Source of the DNA: Candidatus Latescibacterota bacterium | Lineage (GTDB): Bacteria > Latescibacterota > UBA2968 > UBA8231 | Assembly: GCA_965215195.1 (NCBI GenBank) | Contig: CBDCDC010000002.1 | Span: 2,528,001-2,592,000 of the forward strand | DNA length: 64,000 bases | Direction: 5' to 3' | In this document: positions 1 through 9,809 of the stretch, piece by piece | Position numbering within the stretch: the stretch's first letter is position 1 | Layout: each line of letters opens with the position of its first letter | Translations under genes and position numbers: made by a program | Notes under the pieces: model-generated | Database searches by the model: none | What the model was told of the DNA's origin: nothing | Seen by the model: the letters and a program-made list of their open reading frames with translations, nothing else

Positions 1-1020
1 CTCGACCGCAACAACAACGACGATCCCGACGTGCGCGAGGACGATCTGGACCCCGACTACCCCTACGACTCCGACCAGCGCGGCTTCCACCTATTCGGCC
101 AGCTAGATCTGACGCCCCAGTGGTCTTTGGGGGTGGGGCGCTACGACATCGAACAAATCGCCGGCGGCGGGCGCAACGAGTCGAGCTACGCACTGGTGAA
201 CTACCGGCGCGAAGGGCTGGGGCGGCTGCAGCGGCTGTTTTTCGAAAACCACCTGCGCCGCGTCAAAGACGATATCGCCGACGAATTCTCCGTGCTGGTC
301 GAACGACCGCGGCGCGTAGATACGGATTTTCGCGGCCTGACCGCCGGCAACAAGCCCTCTTTCACCAATAATTTCCGCGCCGATCCGCTGCTGTATCGCA
401 ACAGCTACGTCAACGAGACCTACCTGGAGAGCTGGCTCAATCCCTGGTCCACCCTTCAGATGGTCCACAAAATCCGCCTGCGTCTCAACTGGCAACGAGC
501 CGGCTCTTTGCCCGGCGGCCTAGTCCAGCGCGACAAACGGCTCGACTTCTTCACTTGGGTCAGCCGCGCCGACTACACTTGGCATTGGCACCGGCTGCAG
601 ATCCAACCCCAGTTCAAGGTCCTGCTGCTGCGCCTAGTCGATCGGGCCGCCGATCGCCAAACCGATGGCCACTACGCCCGCCGCACCGTGCGCTCGGAGT
701 TCAGCGTCATTCCCATCCTGCGCTGTACCCTGCCGCTGATGCAGCGCAGCCAACTACAGCTAGGCATCCAAGGCTTGGGGCCGCTGCCCTACCGGGTCGA
801 GGACCGGGTCAATGCACGCAACAGTTTTGACCAGCGCACCTTGTATCTCAACGTGAACAATCGCTCGAAGTACTTCGGCTACGATCTGCGCACGATCGTG
901 GGGTTGCAGCGGGAGGTCAAGGCATTCGACGAGGAATCGCGGGCGGACGATGCCTTTGATGCGCTGACTTTTTTCGCCCGCGTCCTCATCGGCTTCACCG
1001 AATATGGACGGCTCCTATAA
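1..1020 (+). CDS. Hypothetical protein, 5'-truncated by window edge; probable C-terminal part of a large outer-membrane beta-barrel-like protein
   Basis: Frame 1 is open from base 1 (LDRNNNDDPDVREDDLDPDYPYD...) to TAA at 1018-1020. It has alternating hydrophobic/aromatic strand patterns and ends ...FFARVLIGFTEYGRLL. Function is inferred. Confidence 0.6.
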   Translation, partial: LDRNNNDDPDVREDDLDPDYPYDSDQRGFHLFGQLDLTPQWSLGVGRYDIEQIAGGGRNESSYALVNYRREGLGRLQRLFFENHLRRVKDDIADEFSVLVERPRRVDTDFRGLTAGNKPSFTNNFRADPLLYRNSYVNETYLESWLNPWSTLQMVHKIRLRLNWQRAGSLPGGLVQRDKRLDFFTWVSRADYTWHWHRLQIQPQFKVLLLRLVDRAADRQTDGHYARRTVRSEFSVIPILRCTLPLMQRSQLQLGIQGLGPLPYRVEDRVNARNSFDQRTLYLNVNNRSKYFGYDLRTIVGLQREVKAFDEESRADDAFDALTFFARVLIGFTEYGRLL

Positions 1021-1045
1021 CTGATTTTCTGCCAAGGGCAAAACC

Positions 1046-2596
1046 ATGATTTCTCCCATCCGCAACCAGCGCCCCCCCTACAAATTGCCGTCGCATATTA
1101 TCTACTTTCACGACTGGCGCTACGTCCATCACGGCAGCCATTCGACCGGCTGGCGCAACGCGGCCGGGGATTGGCTGCGCATCTGGACCAACGACGAGAG
1201 GCCACCCCTGCTACACGAGCCGAATTACATGCCCAGCGGCATTCGCCTGTGCGCCAAACCGGCGACTAAGAGCGAGCCTTTCCTGCTGCCGGCCGCGGAC
1301 GAAGGCTTTATCTGGCCCGGCACCGTGCTTTGCACAGAGGGAGGCTACCGTCTCTGGTACGAGTTGTTCGCGGGCGAACACATCGGCCACGAAAAGTACC
1401 CCATAGGCGCGGCCAACTACGTCTGCTACGCCGAATCGGACGACGGTGAAAACTGGCGTTTTCCCGCGCAGGGGCGGATCGAGCGCAAGGGCACCAAGGA
1501 CAACAACATTGTTTACGGGCTGCCTCAGATCGAAGAGACCGGTTTGCACGGTGCCACGGTGTTCGAGGATGCGTCGGCCTATGCTGCGGAGCGCTACAAA
1601 ATGATCTACGTGGGCCAGCTAAGTGCGGCGCAAAAGGAGCACTACCTGCAACAGAGGCCCGGCGAAGTGGGGGCACTCAATCTGGAAGCAGAACAGTGGG
1701 ACGGCCTGTTCGGCGCCATCTCGCCCGATGGCTTTAGCTGGACGCCCATCGCCGAGCCGCTCGTCGCCCAAATCAGCGACACCCACAATGTCTGCGAGTA
1801 CGATCCCGTGCTGGGACAGTACGTGGCCTATTGCCGCAGCCATTTCTTCAACCGCCGCAGCATTGGTCGCACCGCTTGTGCGGATTTCCGCCGCCTGCCC
1901 CTGTCCGAGGAAGTCTTCTGGCCCAACGCCGCGGCCGAACCCTACGATTTGTGGTACGCCAATTCCAAGACAAAAATGCCGGGCACCACCGACTATCACC
2001 TCATGTTCCCCCTGCGCTGGCGCTTGATCGACGACTCCTTCAGCTTTGTGCTGGCCGCCAGTCCGGACAATGTGGTGTGGAACTTCGTGCCCGGCGGACC
2101 AGTGTGCGAACCCGGCGATGGGGGCGCATGGGTCGAGGGCGCGGTGTCAGCCGGCGTCGGCCTAGTGCCATTGCCCGGCGAGCGCATGGGCATCACTATA
2201 TGCGGCTCGCCGGAACCGCACAAGCACCTGCGCCAGCCGCCGCACGGGCACATTGCCTGGGCCTGGTGGCCCAAGGGACGGCTCGCGGCCTTGGAAGCAC
2301 CGGTAGAGGGGCGCTTCCGAACCTTTCAGCTAGCAATTGAGCAGCGCCGCGTCCACCTCAACTTCAAGACCGCGCCCGGAGGCAGCGTAAAGGTGCAGGT
2401 CATGGACCGCAAGTACCAGCCCCTGCCCGGCCGCTCCTTCGCGGACTGCGACTGGCTGGTGGGCGACCAGCTAGACCGCGAAGTGAGTTGGCAAGGCGCG
2501 GCCGACCTAGGCCACCAAGGCGAGGGGCCGATCTCGCTGGGCTTTGAGATCCGCTGCGGCGAGCTCTACAGCGTCGAATTCAAAAATCCCGACTGA
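1046..2596 (+). CDS. Uncharacterised GH32/GH43-like five-bladed beta-propeller protein with C-terminal beta-sandwich
   Basis: 516-aa ORF with propeller/Asp-box-like motifs YRLWY, CYAESDDGENW, NNIV, RYKM, AISPDGFSW and YDP. No signal peptide. Paralogous to 12498-13979. Confidence 0.65.
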   Translation: MISPIRNQRPPYKLPSHIIYFHDWRYVHHGSHSTGWRNAAGDWLRIWTNDERPPLLHEPNYMPSGIRLCAKPATKSEPFLLPAADEGFIWPGTVLCTEGGYRLWYELFAGEHIGHEKYPIGAANYVCYAESDDGENWRFPAQGRIERKGTKDNNIVYGLPQIEETGLHGATVFEDASAYAAERYKMIYVGQLSAAQKEHYLQQRPGEVGALNLEAEQWDGLFGAISPDGFSWTPIAEPLVAQISDTHNVCEYDPVLGQYVAYCRSHFFNRRSIGRTACADFRRLPLSEEVFWPNAAAEPYDLWYANSKTKMPGTTDYHLMFPLRWRLIDDSFSFVLAASPDNVVWNFVPGGPVCEPGDGGAWVEGAVSAGVGLVPLPGERMGITICGSPEPHKHLRQPPHGHIAWAWWPKGRLAALEAPVEGRFRTFQLAIEQRRVHLNFKTAPGGSVKVQVMDRKYQPLPGRSFADCDWLVGDQLDREVSWQGAADLGHQGEGPISLGFEIRCGELYSVEFKNPD

Positions 2597-2726
2597 TCGC
2601 GCCGAGAACTTGAGACATTCGCACTCGGCGGTTTGTACATGCCGTCTTATGGAACAAGGCGCTGAGCGAGCAATACCAGACTCAAGTGCTTGGAAAATTA
2701 GGCGCGAGAACCTCTTAACAAAATGC

Positions 2727-2755
2727 TTGACAGGCTCGTCTAAAAGTCATATCTC
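2727..2755 (+). promoter_or_regulatory. Putative sigma70 promoter for the secreted FlgD-domain gene
   Basis: TTGACA (2727-2732), 17-nt spacer, TATCTC (2750-2755) in an AT-rich intergenic region. Confidence 0.45.
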
Positions 2756-2869
2756 CTTACGAACAAATGCGGCGATAAGCCTATTACCTATCTCAACTTA
2801 TTAATTTTTATTGAGTTATTGATTTTGCGGAAGGTAGTCATTCACTTTTTCTCAAACAAAGGAGGCACC

Positions 2870-4747
2870 ATGCGCAAATTGCGTATTTTAGCCATTAGCT
2901 GGTCCATAGCAGCACTCGCCGTCAGTGCAACGTGGGCACAGGACGAGCAGACCTTCCCCTCAGGCCCTGACTACGGAGACGCATTTGAGCTACCTGACAT
3001 CTCCGGCGAGTTCAATCCAATGGTCGTTTCGACTCAGGATGTGGCCTACGACGGCAACGGCAGTGTGGACATTCCCTTCACCGTCAACCAGCGCGCCACG
3101 GTCTGGGTAGTGATCTACCGCAAAGGTAGCAGCGAAACCGGCGAGCGGGGGCCAGCCGGCGCTTGGCTGCGCTTAGAGCCCCAAGATATGTACATCGCCA
3201 CCACCCCAAGTCAGGTCTCCGAAGCCGGCGATGGCACCGCTGCTTGGGACGGCAACGACTGGGAGGGCAATGCCGCGGGAGCCGGCGACTACGAATTTGA
3301 CGTGGTCGCGATCAACAATCTCGACTTGCCGGTGCTCGCCGGTCCTGGAGCGGGCCCCACGGGGTTCACCTTCCCCAACATTGACACCTCGCAGGACCCG
3401 CCCGAAATCTGGGTCCAAGAGTACGAGCGCGAAGTGCCCGACCGGGGCCACACGGCCGGCGACATGGTCCGCGGCACGCTGGGCACGGACTACTTGGCCA
3501 ACCCCAACGCTTGGGAACGCTGGAATTTCGACTTCGGCTTTGAGGGGGCCCGCACCTTGGGCGGCATGCGCATAGACGATCAGGATCCAGAGATTTTTTG
3601 GACCTCCCATCGCCGCGAAGAGTTCGGCGGCCTGTACAAACTCCGCATCAACCGCGCCGCCCAATCTTGGGACCGGGTCACCGACTTCGGCACCAACGGC
3701 CAGTCGCCCAATGCCAACGGCGACCGCATCGTCGAATTTGAGCCCAAAGGCGATGTGGTGTTCAACGCCCTCTGGGGCAAGCAAGAAGTGCCCTTCAACG
3801 CCGTTGAAGTGCGCGACAAGACCACGGGCGAAATTACCCAAGCATTCGACGTGACCGAGTTCTACAACAGGCTCAGAGTCGATGATGACGGCAACGAGAG
3901 CATAACCGGCGAAGGTCCCGCTCAGATTTCGGTGACCGACGACGGCATCTGGGTCTCTTCGTGGGCCCACCCCAACATTCTGCGCCTAGACCACGACGGC
4001 AATGTGGTGTGGGCCAACCGCAACGGCGATTTGTGCGGCGACGCTATTTCCAATGAAGAAGCCGCCGCCATCGGTGCCTTGGGCGGCTCCGCCATAAACA
4101 ACTTGGGCGTCACCGCGGACAAAACCGGCAACATCGTCTTTATCAATGCCGGCAGTCGGGCGGCCACCATAAGTGCCCTCGGACGCGACGGGGCCTGCGC
4201 CTTTGAAATCGAATTCCCCGCTAGCTGGGGCCGGATGCGGCCGGGGGGCACCCGTTTCAACCTATTGCAGGAAGGCGGCCCCTACGACGGTCTCTATACG
4301 AGAAACGGCATGCGCCTAGAGACCTTTTCGTACGGCTACGGGGACGACGAGACCACTAACCCCTACGGCCCCCATCTGCTGCTCTATACGCCTGTGGCCT
4401 TGGCCTCGGGCAAGATGGGTGCCGACGCCACCGCTGTGCTGGAGGTGGCCGCTGCCAACACCCCCGACGCGTATAGTCTGGGCCATGCCACTCCCAACCC
4501 CTTCAACCCGAGCACTGTCATCGAGTTTACTGTGCCCGCTGCCGCAGCACACGTGAAGTTGCAAGTATTCAATGCGGCCGGTCAGCTAGTGGCCACCCTA
4601 GCCGATCAGACCATGGCCGCGGGCAAATACCGGGCCGATTGGGATGCGCGCGATGCCAGCGGCAAGCTGGTCTCCAGCGGCGTTTATTACTACCGCATGG
4701 AGGCGGGCTCGTTCGTCGAAACGCGGGCTATGACCTTCCTCAAATAA
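2870..4747 (+). CDS. Secreted protein: N-terminal FlgD-Ig-like domain, central beta-propeller-like region, C-terminal FlgD-Ig/T9SS type A sorting-like domain
   Basis: AGGAGG RBS before ATG 2870. Signal peptide MRKLRILAISWSIAALAVSATWA. C-terminal PNPFNPST...FNAAGQLVATL...WDARDASG...SSGVYYYRM motif. Confidence 0.8.
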   Translation: MRKLRILAISWSIAALAVSATWAQDEQTFPSGPDYGDAFELPDISGEFNPMVVSTQDVAYDGNGSVDIPFTVNQRATVWVVIYRKGSSETGERGPAGAWLRLEPQDMYIATTPSQVSEAGDGTAAWDGNDWEGNAAGAGDYEFDVVAINNLDLPVLAGPGAGPTGFTFPNIDTSQDPPEIWVQEYEREVPDRGHTAGDMVRGTLGTDYLANPNAWERWNFDFGFEGARTLGGMRIDDQDPEIFWTSHRREEFGGLYKLRINRAAQSWDRVTDFGTNGQSPNANGDRIVEFEPKGDVVFNALWGKQEVPFNAVEVRDKTTGEITQAFDVTEFYNRLRVDDDGNESITGEGPAQISVTDDGIWVSSWAHPNILRLDHDGNVVWANRNGDLCGDAISNEEAAAIGALGGSAINNLGVTADKTGNIVFINAGSRAATISALGRDGACAFEIEFPASWGRMRPGGTRFNLLQEGGPYDGLYTRNGMRLETFSYGYGDDETTNPYGPHLLLYTPVALASGKMGADATAVLEVAAANTPDAYSLGHATPNPFNPSTVIEFTVPAAAAHVKLQVFNAAGQLVATLADQTMAAGKYRADWDARDASGKLVSSGVYYYRMEAGSFVETRAMTFLK

Positions 4748-4777
4748 GGCCCTGCGCCGAGAGCGCAGCCAATCTCA

Positions 4778-4813
4778 AAGAAGCCGTCTTGGGTCTTTCC
4801 AAGACGGCTTCTT
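4778..4813 (+). terminator. Intrinsic terminator-like hairpin
   Basis: Perfect 15-bp inverted repeat AAGAAGCCGTCTTGG / CCAAGACGGCTTCTT with a 6-nt loop, 30 nt after the stop codon. Confidence 0.8.
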
Positions 4814-4839
4814 ACTAGCACCCGAGGGAGGTTAGGGCA

Positions 4840-6558
4840 CTGGCGCCAACAATTAATTTACTGCTCCTAGCCGCCCTCCTCGGCACTGCCATCTGCAATG
4901 CCCAACCCCGCTTCTCCGATGCAACTCGGGAGGCCGGGCTGGCCTTCCGCAATTGGTACGGCAATAACAACGCCCTCACGATCCTAGAAACGACCGGGTC
5001 CGGTGCCGCCTTTTTCGACTACGATGACGACGGCCAGCTCGACCTGTACATCGTCAACGGCGGCTTGGGCTTTACCGGTGTGCGCTATGCCGATCTGCCG
5101 CGCGACGTGCGGCCTCCGGCCAACGGCGAAGTTCCGCACAACGCCCTGTTTCGCAATCGGGGCGACGGCACCTTCTTCAATGTCGGCGAACAGTCCGCTG
5201 TCAATGCTAGCGGCTGGGGCACCGGCTGTGTGGCTGGGGACTACGACAACGATGGCGACGCCGACCTGTACGTCACCTACTACGGCCCCAACCTCCTCTT
5301 TGCCAACCAAGGCGACGGCACCTTTGCCGAGACCGGAGCACAGGCCGAGGCCGACGACGATGGCTACGGCACGGCCTGTGCCTTCGGGGACTACGACAAC
5401 GACGGCGACCTAGACCTTTTTGCCGGCAATTACGTGGTCTTCGATCCACAGACCACCCTGCTGCCCGGCGAGCAGCGCGACGGCTTCTTCGGCGGCCAGC
5501 GCGGAGTGGCCAGCGTAGCCTCGCCCGAAGCGTTTGCCGGCCAGCCCGATGTGCTGTATCGCAACGACGGCCACGGCGCGTTCGCCGATGTCAGCGCTGG
5601 TGCCGGCCTCAACGCCGTCCCGGGCAAGGCACTGGGGGCCACCTTCTTGGACTGGAACGACGACGGCGATCTGGACCTCTACGTGGCCAACGACGCCACT
5701 CCCAACTTCCTCTACACCAACCAAGGCGACGGCACTTTTGCCGAAGAGGCCCTAACCTTGGGCGTAGCCTACGATGCCGATGGCCGACCCGAGGGCAGCA
5801 TGGGGCTGGCCGCCGGCGACTGGGACAACGACGGCGATTTGGACCTAGCGGTGAGCAATTACGAAGGGCAGACCGCCACCCTTCACCGCAACGACGGCCG
5901 CGCCTTCGCCAATATCTCCTTTGCCGCTGGCGTCGCCCGCACCACCTTCATGCCGCTGCAGTGGGGCACAGCTCTCTTCGACTGGGACCGCGATGGCGAT
6001 CTGGATATCTTCATTGCCAACGGCCACGTCACGGCTGCCCTAGAGGATTATTTTCCCCAGTCGAGCTACGCCCAAAAGAACAACCTCTTTCGCAACGATG
6101 GTGTCGCCTTCGTCGATTTGAGTGCGCGAGCCGGCCCGGGTCTGCAGATCGTCAAGTCGAGCCGGGGCACGGCGGTCGGCGATTACGATGGCGACGGCGA
6201 TGAAGATCTTTTCGTGGTCGCCAAAAACGACCTGCCCACCTTACTGCGCAACGACACCGCCAGCGGCAATCACTGGCTAACCATCCGCACCTTGGGCATC
6301 AACAGCAACCGCGACGGCATCGGCACCAGAGTGCGCCTAGTCGCCGGCGGCCAGCAACAGCTCAGAGAAGTGGCCGCCGGCTCTAGCTACCTATCGCACA
6401 ACAGCCTGTGGCTCACTTTCGGACTAGGGCCGAGCGTCGCAGTGGATACCCTCGAAATCCGCTGGCCCAGCGGTTTAATCGACCAATACACCCAAGTGGC
6501 GGGAGATCGCTTTGTGGTAGTAGAAGAAGGCCGGGGCATGGCCGCTGCAAAGCACTGA
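4840..6558 (+). CDS. CRTAC1-family / FG-GAP repeat protein with C-terminal ASPIC/UnbV domain; probable CTG start
   Basis: Repeated GDYDNDGDxDL motifs and a C-terminal SNRDGIG...GSSYLS...FGLG...IRWPSG. The frame is open upstream of the tracked start (5065) to TAG at 4816-4818 and encodes a signal peptide plus the first repeat. GGAGG lies 8 nt before CTG 4840. Confidence 0.85.
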   Translation: MAPTINLLLLAALLGTAICNAQPRFSDATREAGLAFRNWYGNNNALTILETTGSGAAFFDYDDDGQLDLYIVNGGLGFTGVRYADLPRDVRPPANGEVPHNALFRNRGDGTFFNVGEQSAVNASGWGTGCVAGDYDNDGDADLYVTYYGPNLLFANQGDGTFAETGAQAEADDDGYGTACAFGDYDNDGDLDLFAGNYVVFDPQTTLLPGEQRDGFFGGQRGVASVASPEAFAGQPDVLYRNDGHGAFADVSAGAGLNAVPGKALGATFLDWNDDGDLDLYVANDATPNFLYTNQGDGTFAEEALTLGVAYDADGRPEGSMGLAAGDWDNDGDLDLAVSNYEGQTATLHRNDGRAFANISFAAGVARTTFMPLQWGTALFDWDRDGDLDIFIANGHVTAALEDYFPQSSYAQKNNLFRNDGVAFVDLSARAGPGLQIVKSSRGTAVGDYDGDGDEDLFVVAKNDLPTLLRNDTASGNHWLTIRTLGINSNRDGIGTRVRLVAGGQQQLREVAAGSSYLSHNSLWLTFGLGPSVAVDTLEIRWPSGLIDQYTQVAGDRFVVVEEGRGMAAAKH

Positions 6559-6560
6559 AC

Positions 6561-7712
6561 CTAGGGTTTTTCCCCCATAGCGCGGAGGATTTGTTGCGCC
6601 ATGCGCCGCAAGTGATCATCGTCGCCGGTGGCGATAATGGCGCGGTACTGCTGGACGGCGGCCGCCTCATTGCCCTGCTCCTGCAGGATGGTGGCCAACC
6701 CAAATCGCGGGCCGGCAAAGTCGGGCTTGAGGCGGATGGCCTGCTGGTAGGCCTGGACCGCAGCAACCCTATCGCCGCGGGCGTAGAGCGCGGCCCCTAG
6801 GTGGTTGTAGGCGCGGACATGGCCCGGGCGCAGGCGCAGAGCAGCACCGAACGCTTGCACGGCCTCGTGGATCCGCCCCTGCTTTTTGCAGGCCAGACCC
6901 AAGTTGAAGTGGGCTTGGGCGTAGTCGGGGTTTAGTTCGAGGGCGCGTTGCAAGAGTGCCACCGCGCCAATGACATCACCGCGACTGTAGAGGATGTGGC
7001 CTAAATTGTTGTGGGCGCGGCTGTGCTTGGGGTCTAGGGAGATGATCTGGCGGTACTGGGCGCTGGCCTCTGCTGCATGGCCCCGCTCATAGAGCAGCAG
7101 GGCCAAACTGTAGCGGGCTGGAACGTAGGTAGAATCGGCCTGAATGGCGCGCCGAAAGGATTGGACCGCTTTCTCCGAATCGCCTTTTTTTTTAAGGGCC
7201 AAGCCCAAGTTGTAGTGCGCCTGTACATGGTCGCGCTCTAGCGCGACTGCCCGGCTGCACGCGGCAATGGCCCCTTCCACATCGCCTAGTCCGTAGAGGA
7301 TGGCCCCTAGGTCGCTGTGGGCTTGGGCCAATGCAGGGTCCAGCGCAATGGCGCGGCCATAGGACCGCACCGCGCCCTCGACATCCCGGCGGCTGTACAG
7401 CACATTGCCTAGATAGCTGTGCGCCAGCGCGTGCTCGGGATCGAGGCGCAGGACCGTGCGGAATGCTGTTAGAGCACCGTCGGCATCGCCGAGCTGAAAG
7501 AGGGCGACGCCCAGCTCGAGGTGGGCGGCGAGGCGCTGGGGATCGAGCGCAATGGCGCGGCCATAGGACCGCACCGCGCCCTCCAAGTCGCCTTTCTCCA
7601 AGAGCACCTTGGCGCTGTGATGAGCAATAGCCGCCGCCGCGGAAGCGTCCCTAGCCTGAGCGTACGCACTGGCGACGGCAGCAAGCAGAATAAAAAGAAC
7701 CAAGCGAGCCAT
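6561..7712 (-). CDS. Tetratricopeptide repeat protein, secreted
   Basis: Signal peptide followed by about ten 34-aa repeats (AHxNLG...G....A...Y..A..L.P). Confidence 0.9.
   Translation of the reverse strand: MARLVLFILLAAVASAYAQARDASAAAAIAHHSAKVLLEKGDLEGAVRSYGRAIALDPQRLAAHLELGVALFQLGDADGALTAFRTVLRLDPEHALAHSYLGNVLYSRRDVEGAVRSYGRAIALDPALAQAHSDLGAILYGLGDVEGAIAACSRAVALERDHVQAHYNLGLALKKKGDSEKAVQSFRRAIQADSTYVPARYSLALLLYERGHAAEASAQYRQIISLDPKHSRAHNNLGHILYSRGDVIGAVALLQRALELNPDYAQAHFNLGLACKKQGRIHEAVQAFGAALRLRPGHVRAYNHLGAALYARGDRVAAVQAYQQAIRLKPDFAGPRFGLATILQEQGNEAAAVQQYRAIIATGDDDHLRRMAQQILRAMGEKP
7342..7583. repeat. Exact 38-bp direct repeat inside the TPR gene (7342-7379 and 7546-7583)
   Basis: AGCGCAATGGCGCGGCCATAGGACCGCACCGCGCCCTC occurs twice, 204 nt (two TPR units) apart. 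Confidence 0.9.
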
Positions 7713-7782
7713 ATTCTATGCGATTCGGGAAGCAGCAATACATAGGCTCTTTCTTCCCATAACACAGGTTTTATACCAATCC

Positions 7783-9723
7783 ATGAGCGGTTCGCCGCAG
7801 ATCACCGCGCGCGCTATTGTCCTCGGTGCCCTGACCATAGCCGCCAACTTCTACTACATTGTCAACGTGGGCCAGCGCCTAGGGATAGGCAGCTACGTCC
7901 ACTCGCAATTCCCCATGGCCACTTTCATGCCCTTTGTGCTGTGGCTCTTCCTCAATACCGCGCTCAGGGCACTCTGGCCGCGCCTAGCGCTCAGCCGCGG
8001 CGAATTGCTGACCCTGTTCTCCATGCTCTGGGTGGTGGGTACCATTCCGCAGCTAGGCTGGATGACCTACTGGGCCTCGATCATGGGGGCACCAAGTTAC
8101 TTTGCCACGGCCGAGAACCAGTGGGAAGAGACCTTCTTCGACTACCTTCCCTGGCACGTCTTTGCCAATACCGCTCCCCGGGTAATCGATCCATTTTGGT
8201 TTGGCCTGCCCGAAGGAGGCTCCATTCCCTATGACGGGTGGATTGGTGCCATCGGCCAATGGCTCGGCGTTTCCATGGGCATGGTGGTCTTCGGCTTCTG
8301 CCTAATCGCCCTTTTCCACAAACAGTGGGTCGAGGCCGAGAAGCTGACCTTTCCACTGGCGCAAATGCCCCTAGACCTGACCCGCGGCTTTGAAGACAAG
8401 CAGCGGCCCGAGCTATTCCGCAAGCCCGCCTTCTGGATTGGCTGCGCCCTAGTTTTCCTGCCCATACTCTACAATATCGCCACGTACTTCGCCCTAGGCC
8501 TGCCACCCATCGAATTCTACTGGAAATTCTACGATATTCACTTGACGCCGGACTTTTTTCTGACCGTGCGCATCCTGCCCCTGATCATGGCCGTGACCTA
8601 TCTGTGTCCAGTGGATATCCTCGGCAGCCTGATCTTTTTCCACTTACTCGCTGCGCTCAAGATAGCCATAATGAAGCGAACCGGCTTTTCCATTGGCGGC
8701 TTTGCCGTGGGCGCGGCCGGCCAGCAGCCCGAGGCGCAAAACATCCTCTACATGGAGAGCTACGGCGCCCTAGTCTTCATCGGCCTGTGGTCCATCTGGG
8801 TGGCCCGCCGCCACTTGCGTCAGGTGTGGCATCAGGTGCGCAGCGGCGAGGGCGAGCCGCGCCAAGTCGCGCTCTACCGGCTGGCCCTCGCTGGCCTGAT
8901 TCTGTCGGCGCTCAGCGTCATCGGCTGGGGGGTGCAACTGGGCATGAGCTTGCCGGTGGCTATGGGCGCTTTCCTGCTGATGACGCTGACCTACTTCGTC
9001 ATAGCCAAACTCGTCGCCGCCACCGGCTTTGCCTATCTCTTGCCCAATAAGCCCCATATCAAGGGCGATTCCTTCCTCATCGAGCTAGTCGGTTCGGCCT
9101 TCCAATCGCCGCGCAGCCTAGTGGCGTTTAAGGTATTCACCAGCAATGCCTTCTTCGGCACCTTCCGCATCCCGGCTTGGCCGGCTCTGCCCCACTGCTT
9201 CCGCCTGTTCTCCCTAGAGCGGCAGCCCGGGCGGCTGACGGCCATGGTCCTGATCGCCTTTCCCATCGGATTTGTCGCATTGGCCATTGAGACGATCAGC
9301 CTCGCCTATGAAGAGGGCGGCCTGCTTTTCCTCGGCGACAAGGCCAACTGGGTCTTCCAAGATATGGTTTATCTGCTCAACAACCCCATGCTGCCCGACC
9401 CGGGCAAGTGGGCGGTGTGGCTCTTAGGCTTTGGCGAAGCCGCGCTCATCGCCCTGCTGCGCGGCTATTTCCACTGGTTCCCCCTCCATCCCATCGGCCT
9501 AGCCTTTCAGCACACCTTCGGTCTCCGCCTCTACTGGTTCAGTCTGTTCATCGTGTGGATTGTCAAAGTAACTCTGCTGCGCTACGGCGGGACCAGGGCC
9601 TACCGCGCTGGCAAACCCCTGTTCTACGGCTTGGCCATCGGTTACGTGGTCGGGGTAGTTTTTTCCATGGTCGTAGATTTGATCTGGTTCCCGGCCGAGG
9701 GACACCGCATGCACGGGTGGTAA
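7783..9723 (+). CDS. Polytopic membrane protein of DUF6785/DUF6784 type (OPT-like putative transporter)
   Basis: 646 aa with many TM segments. Family-like motifs include LSRGEL, KQWVEAEKLTFPLAQMP, WFPLHPIG and LLRYGG..AYR.GKPLFYGL. The family was recognised from memory, not searched. Confidence 0.7.
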   Translation: MSGSPQITARAIVLGALTIAANFYYIVNVGQRLGIGSYVHSQFPMATFMPFVLWLFLNTALRALWPRLALSRGELLTLFSMLWVVGTIPQLGWMTYWASIMGAPSYFATAENQWEETFFDYLPWHVFANTAPRVIDPFWFGLPEGGSIPYDGWIGAIGQWLGVSMGMVVFGFCLIALFHKQWVEAEKLTFPLAQMPLDLTRGFEDKQRPELFRKPAFWIGCALVFLPILYNIATYFALGLPPIEFYWKFYDIHLTPDFFLTVRILPLIMAVTYLCPVDILGSLIFFHLLAALKIAIMKRTGFSIGGFAVGAAGQQPEAQNILYMESYGALVFIGLWSIWVARRHLRQVWHQVRSGEGEPRQVALYRLALAGLILSALSVIGWGVQLGMSLPVAMGAFLLMTLTYFVIAKLVAATGFAYLLPNKPHIKGDSFLIELVGSAFQSPRSLVAFKVFTSNAFFGTFRIPAWPALPHCFRLFSLERQPGRLTAMVLIAFPIGFVALAIETISLAYEEGGLLFLGDKANWVFQDMVYLLNNPMLPDPGKWAVWLLGFGEAALIALLRGYFHWFPLHPIGLAFQHTFGLRLYWFSLFIVWIVKVTLLRYGGTRAYRAGKPLFYGLAIGYVVGVVFSMVVDLIWFPAEGHRMHGW

Positions 9724-9809
9724 TAGCTAACCACCGCAAACCGACGAATTTTTCGCCACCATCGCCCAATCGGCCGGCGTGATGGGCTAACATTCATTGA
9801 GGAGAGAAT

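Noticed and set aside
2597-2700. Short inverted repeats (CGCCGAG/CTCGGCG and a weaker second stem) as a possible riboswitch or sRNA
   Set aside because: The stems are short, there is no recognisable aptamer consensus, and they lie upstream of the predicted promoter; support is insufficient.
5010-6210. Recurring GACTACGACAACGA(C/T)GGCGA-like DNA words, superficially array-like
   Set aside because: They encode FG-GAP/DxDxDG repeats of the ASPIC protein; they are degenerate and irregularly spaced, so not CRISPR.
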